Source: an uncultured Veillonellaceae bacterium (GTDB lineage: Bacteria; Bacillota; Negativicutes; JARBTT01). Taken from it: DNA of 64,000 nucleotides. Shown one piece after another: positions 54,106 through 64,000 of this stretch. Location: positions 32,001 through 96,000 of the forward strand of contig CAWDTA010000004.1 in NCBI GenBank assembly GCA_963805085.1, given 5' to 3'. How positions within the stretch are numbered: the stretch's first letter is position 1; each line of letters begins with the position of its first letter. The notes under the pieces were generated by a model, which worked only from the letters and a program-made list of their open reading frames with translations, ran no database searches and was not told the DNA's origin. Position numbers and translations under genes: made by a program.

Positions 54106-55401
54106 TTATTTGCCGTACATTTTATCTTGTTCTTGACGCAATTTGTAGATAAGCGTGGAAGTATCAAGTTGAATCATATCTTTGGTAATCAGTTGACCTT
54201 TTTTCGCATCTTTCAACATTTTTGCGTTTCTATTTACTAAACCATACGGTACATAGCCTTTAGCATCTGATTCTGCTGATGTTGCGATGGAACCATACGT
54301 TGTGAAACCACCAATACCATCAATTGTTTGACCGGCTTTTAAATCAGTTTTTGCTACTGTGATACATTCACTTACAAGACCATCCATTGGTACAATTGTA
54401 GTTTCACCATCAATTACAGCCTTTGCTACGGTTAATGGCGTTTCAAGGTTACATAAATGATATGGACGATATAAAATCCATAATGGACCATTTCCCATAC
54501 TATGATATCTCATTTGGTATGCAATTTCTTCATTTTCAGTAGACACAGCAACGAATACACCAGGTGCAATACCATTTACATATTCAACAACGCCATGTTT
54601 GCTTAACATACCACCATCTTGCTTCAATCTTAACAGGTCAGCTAAACCTTTTACGTCAGATACGATGCCATGACCACCGATTACATCTGGAACTAAACCT
54701 GTAGCATTAGACATCGCAGTCATTTCTACCATTGTTTTGGTACCATCTTTAAAGGAGCAAAGCATTTTAGGACTCATTTTACGGCGAGTTGCTTCTTCTA
54801 ATACAGAATCTGGATTGCAATCATAATCAAGTTTGTTATTTTTCCCCTTACCCATTACTTTTACATCCATCCCCATTGCTTTTGCAAAACAATATAATTC
54901 CATTACCGCACCTGGTTCGTCACCAGCAGAACCTGTATAAATAACGCCTTGTTCCTGCGCTAATTTTTTGAGGTAAGGTCCAATAACTACGTCTGTTTCT
55001 ACATTTAACATGACACAATGTTTACCATTTTTCATTGCATCAGTTGCTACTTTTGCTCCTACATCAGGTACACCAGTTGCATCAATAGCACATTCTACTA
55101 AATTTACTTGTGATACTAAATTTGCATCTGTTGTTGCTATAAATTTACCCATTTCCATCATTTTATTCGCATCAGCAAGAGTATTGACAATTGCAATTTG
55201 ATCATCTGTAATACCAGCATAGTTAAAGGCATGTATAGCATTTTCAATCGCAATATCAGATACAATTGCCGGTGTAATACCTTGCATTAATGCCATTTGT
55301 GTTACCATACCTCTACCCATTTGTCCTGCACCAACGATACCTGTGCGGATAATTTTTCCTTCTTGTTGACGTTTGATCAATTTTTGATTCATGTTTAACA
55401 T
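54106..55401 (-). CDS. NAD(P)-dependent oxidoreductase with C-terminal SAF domain (homoserine dehydrogenase-like)
   Basis: GAGQMG Rossmann motif, NVETD, GDEPG, DGTKT, RPYHL, AKTDLKAGQTIDGIGG. Confidence 0.88.
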   Translation of the reverse strand: MLNMNQKLIKRQQEGKIIRTGIVGAGQMGRGMVTQMALMQGITPAIVSDIAIENAIHAFNYAGITDDQIAIVNTLADANKMMEMGKFIATTDANLVSQVNLVECAIDATGVPDVGAKVATDAMKNGKHCVMLNVETDVVIGPYLKKLAQEQGVIYTGSAGDEPGAVMELYCFAKAMGMDVKVMGKGKNNKLDYDCNPDSVLEEATRRKMSPKMLCSFKDGTKTMVEMTAMSNATGLVPDVIGGHGIVSDVKGLADLLRLKQDGGMLSKHGVVEYVNGIAPGVFVAVSTENEEIAYQMRYHSMGNGPLWILYRPYHLCNLETPLTVAKAVIDGETTIVPMDGLVSECITVAKTDLKAGQTIDGIGGFTTYGSIATSAESDAKGYVPYGLVNRNAKMLKDAKKGQLITKDMIQLDTSTLIYKLRQEQDKMYGK

Positions 55402-55430
55402 ATAAATCACTCCTACTATTCATTTTTTAT

Positions 55431-55799
55431 TTAAAATATTTCTATAGTACCACCTTTAACTAAATCTTGCGATGTAAATGCATCGCCTTCTAGCATAATG
55501 CATCCTGGTCTTTCTGGTTCATCCCCCCCCTTAAAAGACAAAGTACAGTGACCAAGTTCTTTTAATGTATGCAATGCTTCGTCACCAATCGCTGTAATTG
55601 TAAACACCTTGTCACAAAGAATCAATGTATCTGACACTTTGATATCAGCTAAAATTGGAGATACTCTATGCAAAACTGAAATTTCAGCCAACTCTGGCGG
55701 TGCTGTTTCATTAAAGATGATAATAAAGTTTAAGTCCTTATCATCTAATAATGCTGTTACTTCTTCACCCCACCCAGTAATTTCAGCATTATATTTCAT
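55431..55799 (-). CDS. PTS glucitol/sorbitol-family EIIA component (SrlB-like)
   Basis: IIFNETAPPELAEIS, LKELGHCTL phospho-His motif. Confidence 0.9.
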   Translation of the reverse strand: MKYNAEITGWGEEVTALLDDKDLNFIIIFNETAPPELAEISVLHRVSPILADIKVSDTLILCDKVFTITAIGDEALHTLKELGHCTLSFKGGDEPERPGCIMLEGDAFTSQDLVKGGTIEIF

Positions 55800-55885
55800 C
55801 GAATCGCCTCCTTTGATAGATTTTTAATCATTTCATATGATAAAACTTACACCTGCTTTAAAAACACCTATAAGTTTTTACCTCA

Positions 55886-56275
55886 CTAAGTTTCTATTGA
55901 ATTCAAACGCATATCCAAAGCATTAATCGCTTGAATATGAGCTTGGTAAATCTTTTGTTTCTTTTCAGGTAGAGCCATATATTCTGCTTTTAAAGCATAA
56001 ATGTTTTTTCCAGCAATATCTTTAAGTTCTCTAAAACCATTAAATATTGTAAAACCTTCCATAACTTCGCCCCCTGTAATTTTCCCTTGATTATCACAGG
56101 CAATGACCACAATATTACCAGGTCTCAATTTTGACTTTCTACTGCCAATGCCCACATTCCCCATTTTATGCAACCTTCGCACAGCTTTTTTATACTGCTT
56201 GACTTGAAGATATGTCCCACTAGCTTGAATTGCCATAAAAACCAACAAAACTGCAATCAATGTTGTAAAATCCAT
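55886..56275 (-). CDS. GutM-like glucitol operon activator
   Basis: N-terminal TM, Q..Y..L..GNVGIG, GFTIF pattern; operon context. Confidence 0.75.
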   Translation of the reverse strand: MDFTTLIAVLLVFMAIQASGTYLQVKQYKKAVRRLHKMGNVGIGSRKSKLRPGNIVVIACDNQGKITGGEVMEGFTIFNGFRELKDIAGKNIYALKAEYMALPEKKQKIYQAHIQAINALDMRLNSIET

Positions 56276-56289
56276 ATAAATACTCTCCT

Positions 56290-57255
56290 TTACATTTCTA
56301 ATAGTACTTTGGCACAATCAACATCGGTAATTAAAATATTCAAGAATTCTCCTTTTATCGCGCCATACACAGCTTTTGCTTTTTGTGCGCCACCAGCAAT
56401 TCCAATTCTTTGTGGTACTTTCTTTAATTGATCAATTGGCATTCCTGCAACTCGTTCATTAAATTCTCTGAATTTTTCAACTTTTCCAAATTCATTGAAA
56501 AATTGGAGTGATATATCACCAACAGCCCCCAATTTAACAAACTCTTCTAAGATATTTTCATCTACATAGCCAGTATGCATCAAAGTTGAACCTGTTCTAT
56601 CCGGTACACCAATCCCCATAATAACCGTATTTATTTTTCGAAATATTTTAAAAATACTTTTTACTGACTTTTCCATCATAAACCCATTTAGAACATCAAC
56701 ATTAGAGAACACTGCTGGAGCAAAAAATTGTATGCAATCACCGCCAAACATTTTAGCCAATTCCATCGCAATGTAATTCGAGTGAATATCTGCTCTACTT
56801 TCGCCAATACCACCAACAATTGGTACAAAAGTACATTTAATTGGCTCTTTAATACGCTCTTGCATTCTCGTAAGATTTTGTAAAGTCATTCCCATTGTGA
56901 CACCAACGTACTCGCCATCTTCCAGTAACTTTTCTAAAAAGTCAATAGATTCTTCAATCAGTTTACTGCTTGTCCATTCATTTCCAGTTGTAATTGTACT
57001 CGAATCAGCAACAATCACTTCCTTTAAATTGAATTTCTTTTCCAATTCGCGTTCTATTTTACCAAATGTAACACCATAAGGACTTTTAATTTCAATTTTC
57101 ACAATGCCTTGTTCTTTTCCCATTTTTATCATCCGCGAAACAGATGGCCTTGATATTCCCAGCGAATCACAAATCTCTTGTTGGCTTAAACCATCTTCAT
57201 AATATAAACTACAACACTTAAATATCGTTCTTGTATCATCAATAATCTTTTTCAT
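56290..57255 (-). CDS. SorC/DeoR-family sugar-binding transcriptional regulator
   Basis: LYYEDGLSQQEI..GISRPSVSR HTH, GAVGDI, LITD. Confidence 0.92.
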   Translation of the reverse strand: MKKIIDDTRTIFKCCSLYYEDGLSQQEICDSLGISRPSVSRMIKMGKEQGIVKIEIKSPYGVTFGKIERELEKKFNLKEVIVADSSTITTGNEWTSSKLIEESIDFLEKLLEDGEYVGVTMGMTLQNLTRMQERIKEPIKCTFVPIVGGIGESRADIHSNYIAMELAKMFGGDCIQFFAPAVFSNVDVLNGFMMEKSVKSIFKIFRKINTVIMGIGVPDRTGSTLMHTGYVDENILEEFVKLGAVGDISLQFFNEFGKVEKFREFNERVAGMPIDQLKKVPQRIGIAGGAQKAKAVYGAIKGEFLNILITDVDCAKVLLEM

Positions 57256-57442
57256 TGAAAAACCTCCGATACAGAGTAAGTAACTCATTTGGTTTATAAT
57301 TAGTATTATATCGACATATTATTATGTTTTCAATATCTTAGATGTAGAACATATGTAAAAGTATTATGTGCTTATTTTCACTTTTACATATATTCTATAT
57401 CGTTTATTTAGTAACAATGTGATTATTTTCACTCTTTCAAAA

Positions 57443-57482
57443 AAAGATGACGGTTCATATTTACGCTATGAACCGTCATCTT
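57443..57482 (-). terminator. ara operon terminator
   Basis: AAGATGACGGTTCATA inverted repeat with U-run on minus strand. Confidence 0.85.
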
Positions 57483-57568
57483 GTGCTTTATGATATTAGG
57501 TATCGCATCTCACTCTTTATCCTGAAGACTTTTCTCCTATGCTCATGTTTCCATTCTGAGTTACGATC

Positions 57569-58261
57569 TTATGCTTGCCCGTAGTAGGCATTTTTGCCAT
57601 GTTTTCTTAAATAATGCTTATCCAAAAGTACTTGTTGCATCTGTTGAGTAACTCCATTATTCAAGAGTTTAGAGTGCAAGGCCATAAAGGCAACTTCTTC
57701 TAGCACTACAGCATTATGGACGGCATTGAATGCATCTTTCCCCCAAGAGAACGGACCATGTGAATGCACCAAAACCCCCGGAATATCATTAAAATTTTTA
57801 TTTTGAAATGTTTCAATGATAACTTTGCCAGTTTCTTTTTCATATTCCCCATTAATTTCCGCGTCCGTCATAGGACGAGTACAAGGAATATTCCCATAAA
57901 AATAATCTGCATGTGTTGTTCCTAGTGCTGGAATGTCAAGACTTGCTTGCGCCCATACCGTCGCATAACGCGAATGGGTATGGACAATTCCACCAATGTC
58001 TGCGCTAGCTTTATATAGTTCGATGTGAGTTGCTGTATCAGACGATGGTTTTAGTTTACCTTCCACTACATTGCCTGCAAGGTCTACAACTACCATGTCA
58101 GTAGCTTTCATCTCACTATATTCTACCCCAGATGGTTTGATGACAACCAGCTTAGACGCATGGTCAATTGCTGAAACATTGCCCCAAGTAAAAGTAATTA
58201 ACTTGTATTGTGGTAACATCATATTAGCCTGATACACGGATTCTTTTAATCCTTCTAACAT
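57569..58261 (-). CDS. araD: L-ribulose-5-phosphate 4-epimerase
   Basis: TWGNVS, IKPSG, PSSDT, HTHS, YYGQ. Confidence 0.97.
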   Translation of the reverse strand: MLEGLKESVYQANMMLPQYKLITFTWGNVSAIDHASKLVVIKPSGVEYSEMKATDMVVVDLAGNVVEGKLKPSSDTATHIELYKASADIGGIVHTHSRYATVWAQASLDIPALGTTHADYFYGNIPCTRPMTDAEINGEYEKETGKVIIETFQNKNFNDIPGVLVHSHGPFSWGKDAFNAVHNAVVLEEVAFMALHSKLLNNGVTQQMQQVLLDKHYLRKHGKNAYYGQA

Positions 58262-58328
58262 ATTTTATCTACCCCACCATCATTTATGGTAGCAAAAGAA
58301 CTCTGCTACCACAAGTATTTTTAATAAC

Positions 58329-59810
58329 TTATTTTAATTTCCAAGCAATATCGGCGATTAATAAATCTTGTTTGAAACGATGAAGGTCAATATCTTCTGC
58401 AATATGAACAAACTCAATATCCATCATATTCGCCCAATCTCTAAGTTCATTTGCTGTAAGACTAAAGCTAATGACACTATGATGTGCGCCTCCAGCAGTA
58501 ATCCAAGCTTCAGCTGAAGTTTCAAGATTTGGAAGTGGCTTCCACATTACACGTGCTACTGGTAGATTTGGCATTTCCATAATTGGTTTCACTGCCAATA
58601 CATCATTCACAATCAGACGTAACCTTCCCCCCATATCAATAAGTGACGCACAAATTGCTTTACCACTTGCCCCTTCAAACACCAGCCTTGCGGGATCATC
58701 TTTGCCACCAATACCGAGTGGATGAACTTCTATGCTTGGTTTTGTTGCAGCAACCGTAGGACATATTTCAAGCATATGAGAACCTAAAATCAAACTTTCT
58801 TCCCCAGCAAAATGGTATGTATAATCTTCCATAAGCGAGGTACCACCATCAAGCCCCTGCGCCATTGTCTTCATTACACTAGTCATGGCAGCTACCTTCC
58901 AGTCACCTTCAGGACCAAAGCCATAGCCTTTTTCCATCAATCTTTGCGATGCAAGTCCTGGAAGCTGTTTCATGCCATTTAAATCTTCAAAGGTATTAAC
59001 AAAAGCATCAAAGCCACCTTTTTTCAAGAACGTTTCCATCCCAATTTCAAGTTTTGCCTGATAGCGCACGGATTCAATATTATCTGTTTTTATTGTATAT
59101 GCTTGTTCATATTCTTTTACTATAGCATCAATCTCAGCTTCGCTGACAGCATCAATATATGCTAATAAATCACCAACTGGATAGGTATTCACTGACCAGC
59201 CTAGTTTGATTTGTGCTTCTACTTTGTCGCCTTCTGTTACCGCTACATCCCGCATGTTATCACCAAAACGGGCAACTTTTAACTTTTTGCTTGTCATGAC
59301 ACCAATGGCACTACGCATCCATAAACCAATTTTTTCTTTTATATGTTTGTCTTCCCAATAGCCCACAATAACTTTACGTGGTAAACGCATTCTCGTACCG
59401 ATAAAGCCGTGTTCACGATCTCCATGGGCAGCTTGGTTCAGATTCATAAAGTCCATATCAATCTCTTCATTAGGAATTTCACGATTGAATTGCGTGTGTA
59501 AATGCAAATAAGGTTTTTGTAATTTGCTTAAGCCGCGGATCCACATCTTTGATGGAGAAAAGGTATGCATCCAAGTAATAATACCAGCGCAATTTTTATC
59601 AAAATTTACTTCTTCCATAATATTTTCAATTGCTTCTGAGTTTGTTGCCACGATTTTAAAAATAATTTCTACTGGAAGCTCTTGGGCTTGATTTAGCTTT
59701 TCAACCATAATTTTAGAATGCTCTGCAACTTTTTTCAGTGTTTCTTCACCATAAAGATGTTGGCTGCCTGTAATAAACCAAAATTGACATGTTTTCAAAT
59801 CCTTCATCAT
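58329..59810 (-). CDS. araA: L-arabinose isomerase
   Basis: GSQHLYG, HTFSP, HGDRE, GGAHH. Confidence 0.97.
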   Translation of the reverse strand: MMKDLKTCQFWFITGSQHLYGEETLKKVAEHSKIMVEKLNQAQELPVEIIFKIVATNSEAIENIMEEVNFDKNCAGIITWMHTFSPSKMWIRGLSKLQKPYLHLHTQFNREIPNEEIDMDFMNLNQAAHGDREHGFIGTRMRLPRKVIVGYWEDKHIKEKIGLWMRSAIGVMTSKKLKVARFGDNMRDVAVTEGDKVEAQIKLGWSVNTYPVGDLLAYIDAVSEAEIDAIVKEYEQAYTIKTDNIESVRYQAKLEIGMETFLKKGGFDAFVNTFEDLNGMKQLPGLASQRLMEKGYGFGPEGDWKVAAMTSVMKTMAQGLDGGTSLMEDYTYHFAGEESLILGSHMLEICPTVAATKPSIEVHPLGIGGKDDPARLVFEGASGKAICASLIDMGGRLRLIVNDVLAVKPIMEMPNLPVARVMWKPLPNLETSAEAWITAGGAHHSVISFSLTANELRDWANMMDIEFVHIAEDIDLHRFKQDLLIADIAWKLK

Positions 59811-59854
59811 AAAACCCCCTAAATTTTTTATTTATAAAAATATTAAAATCTATT

Positions 59855-61525
59855 TTATTTAGCAGCTTCTTTTTTAATTTGTTTAAGGCGTTTCATTACG
59901 TCATTATCGCCTCTTCCAAAGTAATCATGAAGCTTATCATATTCTGCGTAAAGTCGATCATACACTACAACATGCTCAGGGATTGGTTGGTACACAATAT
60001 CTTTCAAATTCCCCATTTTTTTCGTTGCATTAAAAATATCATCATAACCGCCTTCTGCTTTGCCCGCAGCAACAGCTGCAAAGATTGCTGAACCAAGTGC
60101 TGGTCCTTGCATTGAGCCAGCAATTTTCACTGGGATATTGCAAATATCTGCATAGATTTGCATTGCCATCGGGTTTTTCTGTGAGATACCACCCGATGCA
60201 TAGAACTCGTCAACTGGCACCCCGCTATCCCGAAATGTTTCAATAATCTTTCTTGTCCCATATGCAGTAGCTTCAATCAACGCACGATAAATTTCTTCTG
60301 GCTTTGATTGTAAGGTAAGCCCTATAATCATGCCCGTCAAATCAACATCAACCAAAACCGACCGATTGCCATTCCACCAGTCAAGTGCTACAAGCCCACT
60401 CTCACCAACGGCAAGCTTACTCGCTTTTTCTGTCAGGTATTGATGTGCACTTATATTTTTCTGTTTTGCAGCTTCGCTATAGCTTTCTGGTAAACAATTA
60501 TTTACAAACCAAGCAAAATGATCGCCAACACAAGATTGACCAGCTTCATAGCCATAGAAACCAGGTAAAACACCATCTTCTACAACCCCACACATCCCTG
60601 GAACAATTTTTTCTTGATCGCCAAGTAAAATATGACAAGTAGATGTTCCCATGATTCCAAGTATTTTTGCTGCACTATCAATTTTTACCGCTGGAATTGT
60701 CACGTGCGCATCTACGTTTCCAACTGCTACTGCTGTGCCGACTTTAAGTCCTGTAAGTTTGGCAGTTTCCGCTGTAATCGAGCCAGCTTTTTGCCCCAAT
60801 GGTGTGATTGGACAATTTAATTTATCTTCTACAACATTCTCTAATCTTGGATCTAAAGCCTTAAAAAATTCTTTTGATGGATATCCATCTGTCTTATGCC
60901 AAATTTCCTTGTATCCAGCTGTACAGGAATTTCTCGTTTGTACACCACACAGCTGCCAGATCACCCAATCTGCTGCCTCAATGAAATAATCCATTTTTTC
61001 ATAAACTTCAGGTGCCTCATCAAGAATCTGCCATAACTTTGGAATTGCCCACTCTGATGAAATTTTCCCTCCATATCGCGCTAACCATTTTTCACCACGT
61101 TCTTCTGCAATTCTATTGAGTTCATTTGCTTTATCTTGGGCAGCGTGATGCTTCCAAAGTTTGATATATGCGTGTGGATTAGACTGATATTCAGCTAGGA
61201 AACATAATGGGGTACCATCCTTTAACACTGGCAATACTGTACAGGCAGTAAAATCAGTACCAATTCCGATAATATCCTCTGGGGAAACCCCAGTTATTTT
61301 AATTAACTCTGGTATGGTGTGCGCAAATACATCCAAATAATCTTGGGGATGTTGCAAGGCCCAATCAACACCTAATGTAGTCCCATCTGGCAAAGATTTG
61401 TCCATTACTGCATGTGGATAGTCATATACACTGCTCATAATTTCTTCACCAGTATTTACCTCCACCAAGACTGCTCTGCCTGAAAGGGTCCCAAAGTCAA
61501 CACCAATCGTATATTTTTTCATCAT
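59855..61525 (-). CDS. araB: Ribulokinase
   Basis: [25 protein letters not shown]. Confidence 0.96.
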   Translation of the reverse strand: MMKKYTIGVDFGTLSGRAVLVEVNTGEEIMSSVYDYPHAVMDKSLPDGTTLGVDWALQHPQDYLDVFAHTIPELIKITGVSPEDIIGIGTDFTACTVLPVLKDGTPLCFLAEYQSNPHAYIKLWKHHAAQDKANELNRIAEERGEKWLARYGGKISSEWAIPKLWQILDEAPEVYEKMDYFIEAADWVIWQLCGVQTRNSCTAGYKEIWHKTDGYPSKEFFKALDPRLENVVEDKLNCPITPLGQKAGSITAETAKLTGLKVGTAVAVGNVDAHVTIPAVKIDSAAKILGIMGTSTCHILLGDQEKIVPGMCGVVEDGVLPGFYGYEAGQSCVGDHFAWFVNNCLPESYSEAAKQKNISAHQYLTEKASKLAVGESGLVALDWWNGNRSVLVDVDLTGMIIGLTLQSKPEEIYRALIEATAYGTRKIIETFRDSGVPVDEFYASGGISQKNPMAMQIYADICNIPVKIAGSMQGPALGSAIFAAVAAGKAEGGYDDIFNATKKMGNLKDIVYQPIPEHVVVYDRLYAEYDKLHDYFGRGDNDVMKRLKQIKKEAAK

Positions 61526-61600
61526 AAGCCCTCCTAATCTAAATTTCTAAATCTTATATAAATAAATATGTAACTACAATTAATGCCTTTCTTCTTATAT

Positions 61601-62051
61601 TTGTCATACAACTTTCGACATAATTATACCTAAAAAATAATATTCTCTGAATTTTATAAATGATATACTAACTAAAACTATATATTTAACATTAACAGAA
61701 TATAGTTTAACCTTAATCGGTTTAATTATTAATATATTTTATAATAATCAGATTTTTAAGATTATTGCAATTTGTGTAAAAATTTAAATAAAATACATGA
61801 TATTTAAAAGTTGTATATTTTATAATACTATTTATCATACAACTTTTAAGACAGCTATATAAAATTATAACTTTGGGCATGACTTCATATAGCTTTATTG
61901 ATAAAATCAATTAATTACAGACATCAAAATTTAAAAATTATGATTTATAATCTAGCTAAAAGAAAATAATCCAAGCAAATTTATTAAAGCACTAACAATC
62001 GTTAATATAAGTTGTCTGCTACATTGATAATTGTCATACAACTATCAATGT
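61601..62051. promoter_or_regulatory. Three candidate AraR operators in the araR-araB spacer
   Basis: TTGTCATACAACT at 61601 and 62031, TTATCATACAACT at 61832. Confidence 0.55.
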
Positions 62052-62066
62052 AAATATACACCATTT

Positions 62067-63176
62067 TTATTTATTTGGCAATAGGGTTATGGAAAGATCT
62101 CGAATAGAATTTCTTATAACAAGGTCAGGCTTGAATTTTACATTTGCATCAAAATTTTCCTGATTGATCAAACGAATTAAATTAGTAGCTGCTATTTTAC
62201 CTAACTCCACTTTCGGATGGGAAAAGGTCGTTAGCCCAACAGTTGCAACAACACCCAAATCTGAATTATCAAAACTAATAATAGATAGATCCTTTGGCAC
62301 CTCTTTTTGATTATGTGCTAAAATATCGATTACCCTTAGCGCAATTTGATCATTATAGCAAATAACAGCACTGCAACCTTCTATCCGATTTAATACACGT
62401 TGCTCAAAATTTTCTGCAAAGGATAGTTTAATATCTTCGGTTGTATACCATACCACATTATCTTCATACAGTAACACCGAATGCTTTTTTAACATTTTTG
62501 CACAACCAGCATATCGCAAATGGCCTTGAATATCATCAGATTTAAAAATACCAGCAATTTTGGTATGATATTTGTTTAGTAGATACTTCGCTGCTTCTTT
62601 CCCACAAGCATAATCATCCATAGCTACATAAGGAAATGATAAATCAGCGTAATACCCATTAATAAAAATACAAGGAATACCGTGTTTTTTTATTTGCCTA
62701 AATAAATCAGCATTTAAATTTGGTAAACCACTTTTTGTAGGTTCAATGATGATTCCATCGACACCATTATTTAGCATGGACGATAAAATTTTCATTTCAT
62801 TTTCAATCTTGTTGTACGTGATGGATAATTGCATGGTATAACCATTTTGCGTTAATACATTATCAATTCCTTTAATAATACTAGGAAAAATATAGTCATC
62901 CAAATAGGTCGTAATCACCCCTATATTCATGGTACGCAACTTTGGTACTGCCATTGTAGCTGCTATATAGGTGCCACTGCCTCTTTTGCGTTCTAGGATT
63001 CCTTCATTTTCTAAAACACTTGTTGCCTGCCTAACTGTTTGCCTACTAATAGAAAATTTTTCTCCTAACTCATTTTCTGATTGCAGTCTATCCCCTATAC
63101 AAAGATCACCGTTCGCAATTTGTGCTCTAATCCAATTCATTAACGCTAAATATTTAGGCATATTTTCCTTTTTCAT
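62067..63176 (-). CDS. araR: Arabinose repressor (GntR HTH + LacI-type effector domain)
   Basis: SENEL..SRQTVRQA..GSGTY, YIFP, IEPTKS; adjacent to araBAD. Confidence 0.9.
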   Translation of the reverse strand: MKKENMPKYLALMNWIRAQIANGDLCIGDRLQSENELGEKFSISRQTVRQATSVLENEGILERKRGSGTYIAATMAVPKLRTMNIGVITTYLDDYIFPSIIKGIDNVLTQNGYTMQLSITYNKIENEMKILSSMLNNGVDGIIIEPTKSGLPNLNADLFRQIKKHGIPCIFINGYYADLSFPYVAMDDYACGKEAAKYLLNKYHTKIAGIFKSDDIQGHLRYAGCAKMLKKHSVLLYEDNVVWYTTEDIKLSFAENFEQRVLNRIEGCSAVICYNDQIALRVIDILAHNQKEVPKDLSIISFDNSDLGVVATVGLTTFSHPKVELGKIAATNLIRLINQENFDANVKFKPDLVIRNSIRDLSITLLPNK

Positions 63177-63361
63177 AATATAAATATATCCCTTCTCCAA
63201 ACATACATTACGATACACAGTAAAAGCGTACCTTTGTTAACTACTAAACTACTAGTCAATTACACTTCTTTTTAATATTTTCTATTATATATTTTAATTA
63301 TCATATTAGCAAATATAATCGAAAAGATTATTAGCATAGTGTAAACTATTCATCTAATCAC

Positions 63362-63391
63362 AAAAAAGGAGACGGCATATTTGCCGTCTCA
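63362..63391 (-). terminator. rpoC terminator
   Basis: GAGACGGCA inverted repeat with U-run on minus strand. Confidence 0.8.
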
Positions 63392-63415
63392 TAAATTCAA
63401 TTGCTAAATAATAAA

Positions 63416-64000
<585 letters not shown>

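Overview
Low-GC Firmicute chromosome segment, most likely Negativicutes/Selenomonadales (TonB-dependent outer-membrane receptor in a Firmicute-type gene context; inference). Contents left to right: nudC; a 1.75-kb mini-island bounded by a diverged direct repeat of the argH 3' end plus terminator, carrying a REP-like inverted doublet, an AT-rich Zn-ribbon/HNH nuclease gene and an unannotated type I toxin-antitoxin-like locus; the argCJBDFGH operon; a Fur-boxed TonB receptor/ABC uptake operon; cell-wall enzymes; an orphan Nif11-type leader peptide; a DASS transporter followed by a long structured repeat; hypotheticals; rplM-rpsI, truA and ECF genes; the full str-S10-spc-alpha ribosomal supercluster (tuf and fusA broken by clustered indels, probably consensus errors); a ~14-kb sugar block (Gut-family PTS with an unusual enzyme set, and araR-araBAD) lying between rpoC and the L7Ae-rpsL genes; and the 3' end of rpoC. 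The strongest candidate for something new is the argH-tail mini-island (1014-3051). No rRNA, tRNA, CRISPR array, integrase or transposase was seen. All calls are by eye, without database searches.
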